Shown here piece by piece: positions 18,516 to 28,507 of a DNA stretch of 64,000 bases; the first letter of the stretch is position 1; every line of letters begins with the position of its first letter. The DNA comes from Candidatus Latescibacterota bacterium (GTDB lineage Bacteria; Latescibacterota; UBA2968; UBA8231). The notes under the pieces were generated by a model. That model was not told where the DNA came from. It did not search any database and saw only the letters and a list, made by a program, of their open reading frames with translations. The DNA is taken from assembly GCA_965217585.1 (NCBI GenBank), contig OZ244561.1, forward strand, positions 608,001 through 672,000, written 5' to 3'. The translations under genes were made by a program, and so were the position numbers.

Positions 18516-19534
18516 CCCGGCCCGATCTGCCCCTCTGCGAGCATGGTAATCAGGGCCGAGTCGTCCACGTCGAGGGGGAGCAACACCCGGCCACGGCGGC
18601 GACTCGACTCATAGGTAGCAAAAATCAGTTCGGTCGCTTGCAGGGCCTTGCGTGCCGACAGACGCGGCTCCGCACCGCTTGCGAGACAGGCGATCAGGTC
18701 GAGCACCGACAGCACGGTGTCGCCACCTGGCGGGACGACATCGGCGATCTCTTCATCCGCAAAGTCCTGCCACGCCGCACCCACGCGCAACAGCCGCAGT
18801 GGTGCGCGCGCCGCGCCGCCGATTTCGATGATGCCCTCGCTGCCGATGAGGCGGTTGCGCGGGCCTTGCACGTGCGCGCCCCCCGTGCCGAGCAGGCCCT
18901 CGACGCCGTTTTGCCAGCGGACCCACGACAGGCCGCTGCTCTCTAAGGGCACGCCAAAGACCGCGTGTTCGGATTCGACGGCAATCTGGCCCATGACCCA
19001 TTCGGCGGGCACTTCGTCGTTGTAAAAGAAGAACATGTCAAACCAATGCGTGCCCCAATCAAACAGGTTGGAACACGCGCCTTCGAGCCGCTGGAGCGCG
19101 CCTATGGCCCCTGCGTCGAGCAATTGTTTGGCCTTGACAAACGGGGCACCAAAGCGGCGCTGGTGGCTGAAAGTGAGGAGCACGTCGCGGTCGGCGCAGG
19201 CCTGGGCCAGCGCCTTGGCGTCGCCCCACGTGCTGGCCATGGGCTTTTCGCAGTGGATGGCTTTGACGCCGGCTGCGGCCGCGGCTTCGACCATTTCGCG
19301 GTGCTGGCCGGTCCACGTGCAGACGCTCACCACATCGAGGGCTTCGCGCTCTAGCATGGCGCGGTAATCTTCGTACGGGGATGCTACGGCAAAGTCCTCG
19401 GCAAAGGACGCGCGCACCGCGGCCACTGGGTCGGCACAGGCGGCGATTGCAACTTGGGCGGCGGCTTGGTAGCCCTCGGCGTGGCGGCGACCGCGATTGC
19501 CGCAGCCGATCACACCGGCTTTGTACATAGTCAT
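18512..19534 (-). CDS. Gfo/Idh/MocA oxidoreductase
   Basis: IGCG, CEKP, DWGTH. Confidence 0.92.
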   Translation of the reverse strand: MTMYKAGVIGCGNRGRRHAEGYQAAAQVAIAACADPVAAVRASFAEDFAVASPYEDYRAMLEREALDVVSVCTWTGQHREMVEAAAAAGVKAIHCEKPMASTWGDAKALAQACADRDVLLTFSHQRRFGAPFVKAKQLLDAGAIGALQRLEGACSNLFDWGTHWFDMFFFYNDEVPAEWVMGQIAVESEHAVFGVPLESSGLSWVRWQNGVEGLLGTGGAHVQGPRNRLIGSEGIIEIGGAARAPLRLLRVGAAWQDFADEEIADVVPPGGDTVLSVLDLIACLASGAEPRLSARKALQATELIFATYESSRRRGRVLLPLDVDDSALITMLAEGQIGPG

Positions 19535-19550
19535 TTTCTTACCGCGTTCC

Positions 19551-19802
19551 TCAGCCTCCGGCTTTAGACACAAGAATGGACAAATGAACCCACATAGCGG
19601 CGATTATGGTCATTATGCCCAAAATTCCGACAACTAGTCGGTTATTGGTCTCCTTGTTGGCATCGGCTATAACCTTCCGCAGCTCGGCCATGTCTTGCCT
19701 GTGGGCGTCCTCAAAACGGTCTAACTGCTTTGATACCTGTCTAAATTCTCCCCGCATTTCGCTTTGTTGTTCCCTAATATCGGCTTGGGTTTGCTCGGTC
19801 AT
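19551..19802 (-). CDS. small coiled-coil protein with C-terminal TM helix
   Basis: 83 aa, AGGAG RBS, heptad-rich body, hydrophobic tail. Confidence 0.7.
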   Translation of the reverse strand: MTEQTQADIREQQSEMRGEFRQVSKQLDRFEDAHRQDMAELRKVIADANKETNNRLVVGILGIMTIIAAMWVHLSILVSKAGG

Positions 19803-19926
19803 GGCGTAGTCTCCTGTGGCTTGGGTTTCGCCGTCCTGCTCGGCAAGCAAATATCTAAGGGGCTTTACGACCTAAAGGCTTAGAGGTAAGATAGGAAATC
19901 AACCCTACTATCAACAGGAGAACGCC

Positions 19927-20754
19927 ATGCCCATCACCGACGCCCTCCCCGACATGGAGCGCGTGCTCAAATTTTTCAGCGCGACCAACGACAACCCCCA
20001 AAAGCTCACCCACGCCCAGATCCACCAGTTCAACGAACAGGGCTACATCTGCCCCTTGGACGTGTTTACGCCAGAGGAAGCAGCGGCCAATCGCCGCTAT
20101 TTCGACGCGCTCATGGACCAAGCCAAGGCCCACGGACACAACAGCTACTCGATCAACGGCTGGCATCGCCACTGCCGGGGCATCTACGACTTGTTGCACG
20201 AGCCGCGCATTCTCGATTACGTCGCAGACCTCCTCGGCCCCAACCTCGTCAGCGTTATGACCCACTACTTTTGCAAGGAGCCGGGCGAACAAAAACAAGT
20301 CGTCTGGCACCAAGACGCCTCGTACTGGCCGCTGACCCCGAGCAAGGTGGTGACCGCTTGGCTGGCCATCGACGATGTGGACGAAGAAACCGGGCCGATG
20401 ACCGTCGTCCCCGGCTCGCATTTGCACGGGCAGATTCCCTTTGAGCACAGCACCGCCGAGGAGCAAAATGTCTTGGGACAGAGCGTACACGATCCGCTCC
20501 AGTGGGGCGGTGAGCCAGTGGCCTTTACCATGCGCGCCGGCCAGATGTCCCTGCACACCGACCTGCTCTTGCACGGCTCGGTCCCCAACCGCTCCACGCG
20601 CCGCCGCTGCGGCCTGACGCTGCGCTACATGCCGCCCGAGGTGCGCACCCGCGAAGAGAAACGCGCCAACGGTTACATCTGCCGGGGCACCGACCCGTGC
20701 GGCTACTGGATCAACCTCCCCGTGCCGACCGGCGACGAGGTGCCACCGAGGTAG
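19927..20754 (+). CDS. phytanoyl-CoA dioxygenase (PhyH) family
   Basis: WHQD, PGSH, HGS..N. Confidence 0.92.
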   Translation: MPITDALPDMERVLKFFSATNDNPQKLTHAQIHQFNEQGYICPLDVFTPEEAAANRRYFDALMDQAKAHGHNSYSINGWHRHCRGIYDLLHEPRILDYVADLLGPNLVSVMTHYFCKEPGEQKQVVWHQDASYWPLTPSKVVTAWLAIDDVDEETGPMTVVPGSHLHGQIPFEHSTAEEQNVLGQSVHDPLQWGGEPVAFTMRAGQMSLHTDLLLHGSVPNRSTRRRCGLTLRYMPPEVRTREEKRANGYICRGTDPCGYWINLPVPTGDEVPPR

Positions 20755-20759
20755 CTTCC

Positions 20760-21725
20760 GTGCCCCTGCCGGAAACCTTTCGCGCCCGCTTGCAGGCCAT
20801 ACTTCCGGCCGAGCACTTTGCCGCCTGCTGGCAGAGCTTGGCCTCCGAGCAGCCTACGGCCTTCCGCGTCAACTCTCTCAAAGGCACGCCTGACGCTCTC
20901 GTTGCCGATCTAACGGCTGCGGGCTTCGCGCTGACGCCATTGAGTTGGAAGGCCGACGCCTTTGTCGTCCCGGCTGACCAGCGCCGCGCCCTCACCGAGT
21001 GCACAGCCTACCGCGAAGGCCGGCTCTACATCCAAAACCCCTCCAGCATGGTGCCGCCGATGCTCCTGTCACCGCAAAGCGAGGAGTGCATTCTCGATCT
21101 CGGGGCCGCTCCGGGCAGCAAGACCTTGCAGCTCGCCGAGCTGATGGGCAATCAAGGACGCATCTGGGCTGTGGAGTCCGTGCGCGGCCGCTTCTTTCGC
21201 CTGCGGGACAATCTGGCGCGGCACGGAGCCGAAAACGTGCAAGCCCATCTCGCTGACGGAACCCGCATCTGGCGTCGCCACTCAGAGCGCTTCGACCGCG
21301 TGCTCCTCGACGCGCCGTGCTCGTCCGAAGGACGGTTCCGCGCCGATGCGCCCAAGACCTATGCCTATTGGAGCGGGAAGAAGATCGCCGAGGCCAGCCG
21401 CAAACAGCGGCGGCTCTGCTACTCGGCCGTGCAATGCCTCAAGCCGGGCGGGGTGTTGGTCTATTCGACCTGCACCTTCGCGCCCGAAGAAAACGAGGCC
21501 ATCATCAACCGAGTGCTGCGGCAGTTCGCCGGTGCCCTAACCGTCGAGGACATCGCGCTGCCTTTTGCCAATGCGGCACCGGGCTTGAGCGAGTGGCGAG
21601 GGAAGGCGTTTGACGATCAGGTGCAGCGGGCCAAGCGGATTTTGCCGCTGGGGGGAATGGAGGGATTTTTCGTGTGCCGGTTGCGGAAGACGGAGAGTAC
21701 CGTTAGCGACCCACCTCGGCGCTAA
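20760..21725 (+). CDS. RsmB/RsmF-type RNA m5C methyltransferase
   Basis: AAPGSKT, LDAPCS, YSTCT..PEENE; GTG start inferred. Confidence 0.92.
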   Translation: MPLPETFRARLQAILPAEHFAACWQSLASEQPTAFRVNSLKGTPDALVADLTAAGFALTPLSWKADAFVVPADQRRALTECTAYREGRLYIQNPSSMVPPMLLSPQSEECILDLGAAPGSKTLQLAELMGNQGRIWAVESVRGRFFRLRDNLARHGAENVQAHLADGTRIWRRHSERFDRVLLDAPCSSEGRFRADAPKTYAYWSGKKIAEASRKQRRLCYSAVQCLKPGGVLVYSTCTFAPEENEAIINRVLRQFAGALTVEDIALPFANAAPGLSEWRGKAFDDQVQRAKRILPLGGMEGFFVCRLRKTESTVSDPPRR

Positions 21726-23799
21726 GCCCCAAGCGCCAAGTACGGCCTGGAGCAGGTTCAAAGAAGCGGCCTCCAAAGGCGTTGGGCACCACCGAGCCGT
21801 TGTACTGGGTGTCAAACAGGTTCTCGACCGCGACAAAGGCCCTCGCGGTGCGATAGTCGATCCCCAACCGCAGATCCACCCGCATATACGCGCGGTTGAA
21901 AAACTCGTCAGGCGCGGACTCGCTCCCGGGCGGTGGGCCGTTGAAATCGTTTGCCCAGTAGCGGCCGACCTGCTCTAATTCGACCTCGGTAAACAGGCCC
22001 TGCGGACTCTCGTAACTCAGCGCGGCGAAGAGCCGGTGGCGCGGCACGCCCGGCACCTCATTGCCAGCGAGCTGAACAAGTTCACCAGCGGTCTCAACCT
22101 CGTAGTCCTCAAAAACATAGTCGCCAAAGGTGTACGCGAGAGTAGTCCGTAGCCCGGGATGCGGCACCGCCGAGAGCGAGAGCTCCAACCCTCGATTGCG
22201 CGCTTGGCCGGCGTTGCGGAAGTAAATCTCCTCGCTGTCTTCACTCTCGACCTGAAAGGGAATCAGCGCGTCGGCGATCTGGAGTTGATACAAGGCCACC
22301 TCCAAATCCAAGCGCGCCCGGCGCACGTGGCGACGCAATCCCGTCTCCAACCCGAGCACGCGCTCAGGGCCTAGATCCGGATTGAAGCCGCCCTCCCCGC
22401 TGGGCCGGTTGCCCAACTCAGAGGTGGTGGGCGTTTGGAAGGCCGTGGCAACATGGGCGTACCAGCGGGAGAAAGGGTCGAGGCGGTACACCACGCCCGC
22501 CATCGGACTGAACTGGCCCATGTCGCGCGCGAGGTCGTCCACGGCAAAGCGGTAGCGGTCGTAGCGACCGCCGACGGTCGCAGTCAACGAGGCCCCAAAA
22601 TCTTGCTCCAAGGAGACAAACGGCCCGAAGCTCCGCACCTGTTCCTCTTGATTTATCTGCTCCTCACCGTATTGCACGAGTTCGAATACGCGCTCGTCGT
22701 CCACGCGCACGTCCTCGGGCAAGCCCTCGTTGGCGAACTCGCGGCGGTCGTCGCGCTGAAAATCCAAATCGAGGCCGGTCACAAGGCGCGTACCGGCCCA
22801 AGCAAATTGATGCTCGGTGCGCAGGCCGCCGGCGCGGCGGTCGAGCTCGACAATGCGGCCTGGAATGGGGTTTTTGAGTGCGCGGCCAACGCCGTATAGC
22901 ACGAGACTCGACGCGCGGTGGTGCGGCGCGTGCGGCGGGCGATATTCGAGGCGGATGCCGCCTTGGCCCTGGCGAACCTGCTTGGATGCCCCCTGCCCCA
23001 CCACGAATCCGCGGACGCTACGCGGGCTGGTCCGCGCGGCTTCCGCAGCGAGCGAACTCGGATTGAACAAATAGGGGGCATCGTATAAATGCAGCAGGAG
23101 CGTCAACTCCGTATGGGGAGTTAGGGAATGGCCAACGCGCGCGTTAAGGCCTCGGGCGCGGGCGTCGGCGTAGTCGCGGTAGCCCTCGCTGCGCAGGTCG
23201 TACAAGCTGGCGAATACGTGGGTTTTAGCGGCGCGACCCGAAAAGTTCGTCTGCGCGCGGAGCAGACCATTGCTGCCGGCGATCAAGCGCGGCTCCACGC
23301 GCCAAGCAGCTTCTACCGGAGCTTGGGTGTGGGCCGCGAGCACGCCGCCGCCCGCATTGCCGTACAGCGAAGAGCTGGGGCCGCGCAAGATCTCGATGCG
23401 GCCGGTTGACCCCAAGTCGAGGTTGTTGAGCTGGCTCTGGCCGTCGGGCATGGTCAGGGGAATGCCGTCGAGCAAGACCTTGATCCCGCGGACGCCAAAG
23501 GCCGCGCGCGCCCCTAAGCCGCGCACGCTAAGCCGATCGCCTTGGGAAAGATTGTGGCGATTGGCGATGAACAGCCCGGGCACCGGACGCAGCGACTCGG
23601 CCAGCGAGAGCCCGGGCCGGGCACGCCCGACATCCGCGATCACGGTCGTGGCAAGCGGCAGATCAAATCCCTCGCGGGGCGCACGCGTCGCCGTGACTTC
23701 GGTGGGGGGCATTTGGTAGCGGGGCTCAGGATCGGCGGCGCGGGCAACTGCGGCGATCAGGATTAGCGCTAGGCACTGGATTAACTGGTTTTTTTTCAT
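21703..23799 (-). CDS. TonB-dependent receptor
   Basis: signal peptide, plug IEILRGPSSSLYG, C-terminal FEPAPGR. Confidence 0.93.
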   Translation of the reverse strand: MKKNQLIQCLALILIAAVARAADPEPRYQMPPTEVTATRAPREGFDLPLATTVIADVGRARPGLSLAESLRPVPGLFIANRHNLSQGDRLSVRGLGARAAFGVRGIKVLLDGIPLTMPDGQSQLNNLDLGSTGRIEILRGPSSSLYGNAGGGVLAAHTQAPVEAAWRVEPRLIAGSNGLLRAQTNFSGRAAKTHVFASLYDLRSEGYRDYADARARGLNARVGHSLTPHTELTLLLHLYDAPYLFNPSSLAAEAARTSPRSVRGFVVGQGASKQVRQGQGGIRLEYRPPHAPHHRASSLVLYGVGRALKNPIPGRIVELDRRAGGLRTEHQFAWAGTRLVTGLDLDFQRDDRREFANEGLPEDVRVDDERVFELVQYGEEQINQEEQVRSFGPFVSLEQDFGASLTATVGGRYDRYRFAVDDLARDMGQFSPMAGVVYRLDPFSRWYAHVATAFQTPTTSELGNRPSGEGGFNPDLGPERVLGLETGLRRHVRRARLDLEVALYQLQIADALIPFQVESEDSEEIYFRNAGQARNRGLELSLSAVPHPGLRTTLAYTFGDYVFEDYEVETAGELVQLAGNEVPGVPRHRLFAALSYESPQGLFTEVELEQVGRYWANDFNGPPPGSESAPDEFFNRAYMRVDLRLGIDYRTARAFVAVENLFDTQYNGSVVPNAFGGRFFEPAPGRTWRLGLSAEVGR

Positions 23800-23856
23800 A
23801 GCATTTAAAGAACACCACGAAGAAATACAGACGCAAACCGAGAGTTGGGACCAGCC

Positions 23857-24306
23857 ATGATCATGGGGATCTCACTAGTGCTGTTGCTGGGCGGGTGTTT
23901 TGCCACAGAAGACGTACCGAGCGGCTCGGTGGACGTGCTGCGTAGCGAAGTAGAGTTTGTCGAAGACGAGGGACTGGAGGGCAGCGTGTCGATCGACAGC
24001 TTGACTTGGTGGCCGTTTTTTCCACAGCCGGGCTTCGGAGAAACAGCAGAAGTCGAGGGAGTCTTTGTGGCCGTGTTTCGCAATGTCGGCGAATCTACCG
24101 TGTGGGTGCGCTACGACTTGCGGTTTTTCGACCAAGAGGAATTTCTAATCGACGCGTATATACCGCTTGGGCAGCCGGTAGTCCTCAGCGCCGGAGAAGA
24201 ACAACGCGTGGAGGGAGATTTTCTAATTCGCACCGACGATCCGCGCGACTTTGGGCGGCTCGCCCTGATGAGGCTCGTAGCGCGCATCAGACGGCCCGAG
24301 GAGTAG
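23857..24306 (+). CDS. hypothetical lipoprotein
   Basis: lipobox LGGC. Confidence 0.7.
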   Translation: MIMGISLVLLLGGCFATEDVPSGSVDVLRSEVEFVEDEGLEGSVSIDSLTWWPFFPQPGFGETAEVEGVFVAVFRNVGESTVWVRYDLRFFDQEEFLIDAYIPLGQPVVLSAGEEQRVEGDFLIRTDDPRDFGRLALMRLVARIRRPEE

Positions 24307-24345
24307 GACAACCCCTATGGCTGTTCCTTGTTTGAACTATAGCCC

Positions 24346-25143
24346 TCAAAACGCCACGAACCCCCCGCACACGGGAATGCACTGCCCGGTGACGTAATCC
24401 GAAAGGTCGGACGCCAAAAACTCCACCACCCGAGCGCAGTCCTCGGGCGTGCCCAAGCGGCGGAGGGGAATCTGCGGCTCTAGGTGCCGGCGCGATTCCT
24501 CGCTGTTGCGGCCTTGGGCCACGGCGCGGGACGACAAAATTAGGCCTGGGGCGATGCAGTTGACGTGGATGCCATAAGGGCCTAGCTCGGCGGCGAGCAC
24601 CCGCGTGTAGTGGACGATGCCGGCCTTGGCCACCTTGTAGGGCATACCGCCGCCATCGCGCCCGCTCCACAAGCCCGCTTGCGAGGCCACGTTGATGATC
24701 TTGCCGGACTGGGCCTCCTTCATCGCCGCGCTGACCGCTTGGCAACAGTGGATGGTGGCGGTGAGGTTGATGTCCATTATGTAGCGGTAGTGGGCCTCCT
24801 CAGCTAAGGACGCGGCTTGTTCCTCGTGCGAGCGCAAGTTGCCGCCGGCGTTGTTGACGAGTACGTCGATGCGGCCAAAGGCGTCGAGAGCCTCGGCGAC
24901 CAAGGCGTCCACAGCTTGGCGGTCGGTGACATCTACGGCAATGCCCACGGCGCGGCGGCCTAGATTGACGACTTCGGCTTCTACGGTCTCGGCCGTGAGT
25001 TCTTCGCCATATTCGCGGGCGGCCTGCAGGTCTATGTCGGCGATGACAATGTCCGCGCCCAAGCGGGCGAGATGGAGGACGTAGGCGCGGCCCAAGCCAC
25101 GCGCGCCACCTGTGATGAGAGCTACTTTGCCTTCGAGCGACAT
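24346..25143 (-). CDS. SDR oxidoreductase
   Basis: TGGARGLG, NNAG, YKVAK. Confidence 0.92.
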   Translation of the reverse strand: MSLEGKVALITGGARGLGRAYVLHLARLGADIVIADIDLQAAREYGEELTAETVEAEVVNLGRRAVGIAVDVTDRQAVDALVAEALDAFGRIDVLVNNAGGNLRSHEEQAASLAEEAHYRYIMDINLTATIHCCQAVSAAMKEAQSGKIINVASQAGLWSGRDGGGMPYKVAKAGIVHYTRVLAAELGPYGIHVNCIAPGLILSSRAVAQGRNSEESRRHLEPQIPLRRLGTPEDCARVVEFLASDLSDYVTGQCIPVCGGFVAF

Positions 25144-25298
25144 CGAAAATCTCCTTTTAGACCAAATAATTAGGACATGGCGTCGGTCGTCGGCAACCAA
25201 CAAGGGGCCAGAGGAATTGAGGAAAACTTGCATGGGAAGGGGAGCGTTTGGCAGATTAGGTGCTGACCAGTAAACGCTATTCATCAGAAAGAGATCCA

Positions 25299-26681
25299 AT
25301 GGAAGAGCAAATCGGGGCAATTATTGAACAGGGGCCAGAGGACTGGCAGATCGTGCAGCAGGACGAGCGTAGAGAGGGAAGCATTAAGTTGGGAGGGAAG
25401 TGGAAATTCGAGACCCCCGGACAAGTGGAGGTGCGCTTGGTGTGGGAGGATACGGGGGTGGCTGTTGCGGCCGGTTTGGACTGGCAGGCGGCGCAGACAG
25501 CGGAGGATGGTGCTTGGAAAGCTGTGTTGGAACACATCCCTGCGGGAGGGCTTTACCGGCTGGAGACGCGATTGCGGACGGCGGAGAATCCGGCCGGGGA
25601 GTGGTCGCCGCGAGGGGATATGCGGCACTTTTTGGGGGTAGGCGATTTGTGGGTGATCGCCGGACAGAGCAATTCGGCGGGCTACGGGCGCGGGCCTTAC
25701 GAGGATCCAGCGGAATTGGGAGTGCATCTGTTCAAAAATAGCGAGCGCTGGGCACTGGCGACGCATCCAATGAACGAATCGACGGATACCCAACACGCGG
25801 TGAACCGAGAGGCCGCCAATCCAGGGCACTCGCCCTATCTGCAATTTGGCCGCACGCTCAAAAGGACGCTCTCGCACCCGGTGGGTTTGGTGCAGACGGC
25901 GTTGGGAGGCTCCCCGCTCACTCGGTGGAATCCCGGCGAGCCTAGAGCGGCGGACCTGTTTGACAATATGGTGCAGTGCGTGGAAAAGGTTGGAGGAAAG
26001 GTCCGGGGGATTGTGTGGTACCAAGGAGAAAGCGATACGGGGACGGACGCGGACGCGACCAGTTACGCGCAGCGGTTCCAGCAAGCGGTCGCCGCCTGGC
26101 GGGAGGCCCTTGCAGACGCGGAGTTGCCGGTGCTCACCGTGCAGCTAAACCGCGTGTACCAACCCGCCGACCCGGATGCCGACCGGCGCTGGAGCCAAGT
26201 GCGCGAGGCGCAGCGGCAGGTGGCGCGGCAGACGCCGGGGATAGGCGTGGTGCCGGCGCTCGACTTGCCGCTTGCGGATCTGATCCACACCAGTCCCGCC
26301 GGCAACATGCTCTTGGGCGAGCGGTTGGCGCAGGCGGCTTTAGGGCTAGTCTATGGCCAAGCGGTAGCTTGGCAGGCACCGGATTTGGCCGCGGCCCGGC
26401 GGCACCAAGACCGCGTCGAACTGAAGTTTACTGCCGTCGAGAGCCGGATGGACACCATCGACTTAGAGGCCAACAGCTTCCGAGTTGAGGATGCGGCCGG
26501 CGAGGTGCCGGTTGCGGAGGTGGTCTATCCCCAGGACCACAGCGTCGAGCTGGTCTTGGAGCGGCCCTTGCAAGGGTCGGCTAGGGTCCACGGCGGCTAC
26601 GGCAAGGCCCCGGCGACCGTGCCAGCGGATATGGAGCGATTCTTGCCCATGTTGGGCTTTTGGGGCATGGAGATCGTCTGA
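25299..26681 (+). CDS. sialate O-acetylesterase family (SGNH) protein
   Basis: GQSN, WYQGESD, DLIH. Confidence 0.88.
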   Translation: MEEQIGAIIEQGPEDWQIVQQDERREGSIKLGGKWKFETPGQVEVRLVWEDTGVAVAAGLDWQAAQTAEDGAWKAVLEHIPAGGLYRLETRLRTAENPAGEWSPRGDMRHFLGVGDLWVIAGQSNSAGYGRGPYEDPAELGVHLFKNSERWALATHPMNESTDTQHAVNREAANPGHSPYLQFGRTLKRTLSHPVGLVQTALGGSPLTRWNPGEPRAADLFDNMVQCVEKVGGKVRGIVWYQGESDTGTDADATSYAQRFQQAVAAWREALADAELPVLTVQLNRVYQPADPDADRRWSQVREAQRQVARQTPGIGVVPALDLPLADLIHTSPAGNMLLGERLAQAALGLVYGQAVAWQAPDLAAARRHQDRVELKFTAVESRMDTIDLEANSFRVEDAAGEVPVAEVVYPQDHSVELVLERPLQGSARVHGGYGKAPATVPADMERFLPMLGFWGMEIV

Positions 26682-27397
26682 TGATTACGGTACGCGCAAG
26701 CATCTTTTCGGTTGCCCTGCTGTTCGGCAGCGCTGAGGCGCAGGCGAATATAGTAGGTGCCTGGGAGGGCTGCCGGAGCGAGTTCGGCACCTTCGTAGAG
26801 CATTTCTATATAGAGTTCAATAGCGCTGGGCGCTTCCGCCGCGTCGCACTCCGGGACGACCCCGAGCAGCCGATGGCGGAAAACCAAGGCCAGTACGAGG
26901 CCACTGACGGCGTTGTGACCCTGCGCTACACCGCGGCCGTCGGCGGGGTGCTAACCGAGCAAAGCGAAACCGTGCCCTTCCAGCTAGAGGACGACATTCT
27001 GTATTGGGGGGTTGAACCCGCAATCGCCTTGGCGCGAGCGCAAGACTTAGGCGACGAGCTGTTGGGTCGGTGGGGCATCGTCAATTTTGCCGATGGGACG
27101 CTGGTCGGGCACGTGGTCTTCCGGGCGGATGGAACCTACGAGCTAGAATTGGGCGGCGTCGGGCACAGCGGGGTTTGGGCACAGGCGGGATCGGGCGTGG
27201 TCCACTGGCCGACCGCGGCCGACGACGCCGGGATCGTCGGGTTGCCAGCCGTGTGGACCAATGTCCGCGTCGAGGGCGACCAACTCTTCTACGATATCGC
27301 CTGTAGCTTCACCATCGAGGCCGTGCGGTTGGCCACAGCCGTGGCAGAGGTGTCTTGGGGGGCGATCAAGCGCCGTCTCGCAGACCCGCCAAAATAG
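26681..27397 (+). CDS. secreted hypothetical protein with C-terminal 'TAVxxxSWGxIK' motif
   Basis: signal peptide, two lipocalin-like GxW repeats, terminal motif. Confidence 0.7.
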   Translation: MITVRASIFSVALLFGSAEAQANIVGAWEGCRSEFGTFVEHFYIEFNSAGRFRRVALRDDPEQPMAENQGQYEATDGVVTLRYTAAVGGVLTEQSETVPFQLEDDILYWGVEPAIALARAQDLGDELLGRWGIVNFADGTLVGHVVFRADGTYELELGGVGHSGVWAQAGSGVVHWPTAADDAGIVGLPAVWTNVRVEGDQLFYDIACSFTIEAVRLATAVAEVSWGAIKRRLADPPK

Positions 27398-28319
27398 CCG
27401 TCGCAAGCTCCATAGTAGCGATAGCCTCGTCCAAGTCCGCAGCCGGTGGGCCGATGGGACGACCGGCCTTGATGCAGTCAAAGAAGTGGGCGGCTTGGGC
27501 TAGGGTGCTGTCCGTACCCTCCTTTTGCAAGTGCTTGCGCTCCCCGTCGCACACCAACTCGCAGGTGGAAATCCCCTCTAAATAGGCCGAAATGTCGCGG
27601 CCGTGGATTTCGTAGCGCTCTAGGCGGGCGTCGGTGGTATAGTTCGCGCAGATCTGGGCGACGCAACCATTCTCAAAGACGACCAAAGCGGCGTGGACAT
27701 CCTTGTAGGCGGATGCGCGCCGGACGAAGCTGTGGACTTCGGCAACCGGCGCACCACCCAAGTGGCGCACCAAATCAATCGCGTGGATCGGGCTTTCGAG
27801 CAGCATGTTGTCCATGACGATCTCGGGAAAGCGGCCAGCGGCGACAAAACGGCTCATGCTCTTGTGGAACTCGCCGACTAGCTGGTAGATCGGACCGCGG
27901 GCGGCGATCTCCTTGTGCACTTGCCGCACCAGCGGATCAAAGCGGCGATTCCAGCCGACCATGCCACGGGCACCGCTGGCCCCAGCAGCCGCTTTGAGCG
28001 CGCGAGTCTGGTCCAAGCTCATACCCGGAGGCTTTTCCAACAGGGTATCGATGCCTCGCTCCAAGCACGGCAGGGCCGCCTCGGCGTTGAGATGGGCCGG
28101 AGTAGCGACGATCGCCGCGGCCAATTGCTCGGCGTCGAGCATGGCCTCTATGGTTGTGTAGCGGCGCTCAATGCCCCACTCGTCGCCCACCTGTTCGCGG
28201 TTTGCCGCAACGGGGTCACAGATGGCGACCAACTCGACGTCCTCTAGCGATTGCAGGGCGCGTACGTGACCCCGACCGCGGCCACCGCAGCCAATTAATC
28301 CGACAGGTATATTCGCCAT
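27366..28319 (-). CDS. Gfo/Idh/MocA oxidoreductase
   Basis: IGCG, LEKP, GWNRRF. Confidence 0.92.
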   Translation of the reverse strand: MANIPVGLIGCGGRGRGHVRALQSLEDVELVAICDPVAANREQVGDEWGIERRYTTIEAMLDAEQLAAAIVATPAHLNAEAALPCLERGIDTLLEKPPGMSLDQTRALKAAAGASGARGMVGWNRRFDPLVRQVHKEIAARGPIYQLVGEFHKSMSRFVAAGRFPEIVMDNMLLESPIHAIDLVRHLGGAPVAEVHSFVRRASAYKDVHAALVVFENGCVAQICANYTTDARLERYEIHGRDISAYLEGISTCELVCDGERKHLQKEGTDSTLAQAAHFFDCIKAGRPIGPPAADLDEAIATMELATAILAGLRDGA

Positions 28320-28385
28320 GACTAGTTCCCCTTTCTCGCCAAAGCAAAACGGGCTACGCCTTTTGACGTAACCCATTGTTTTTAA

Positions 28386-28462
28386 TGGCGCGCCCATAGG
28401 GATTCGAACCCCAAACCTCCTGATCCGTAGTCAGGTGCTCTATCCAATTGAGCTATGGGCGC
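28386..28462 (-). tRNA. tRNA-Arg(ACG)
   Basis: cloverleaf, anticodon arm CCTGA-CTACGGA-TCAGG, CCA end. Confidence 0.97.
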
Positions 28463-28507
28463 ATAGCAAAATGTGGTGCTATAAAATAGACGCAACCCCC
28501 CCTCTCG

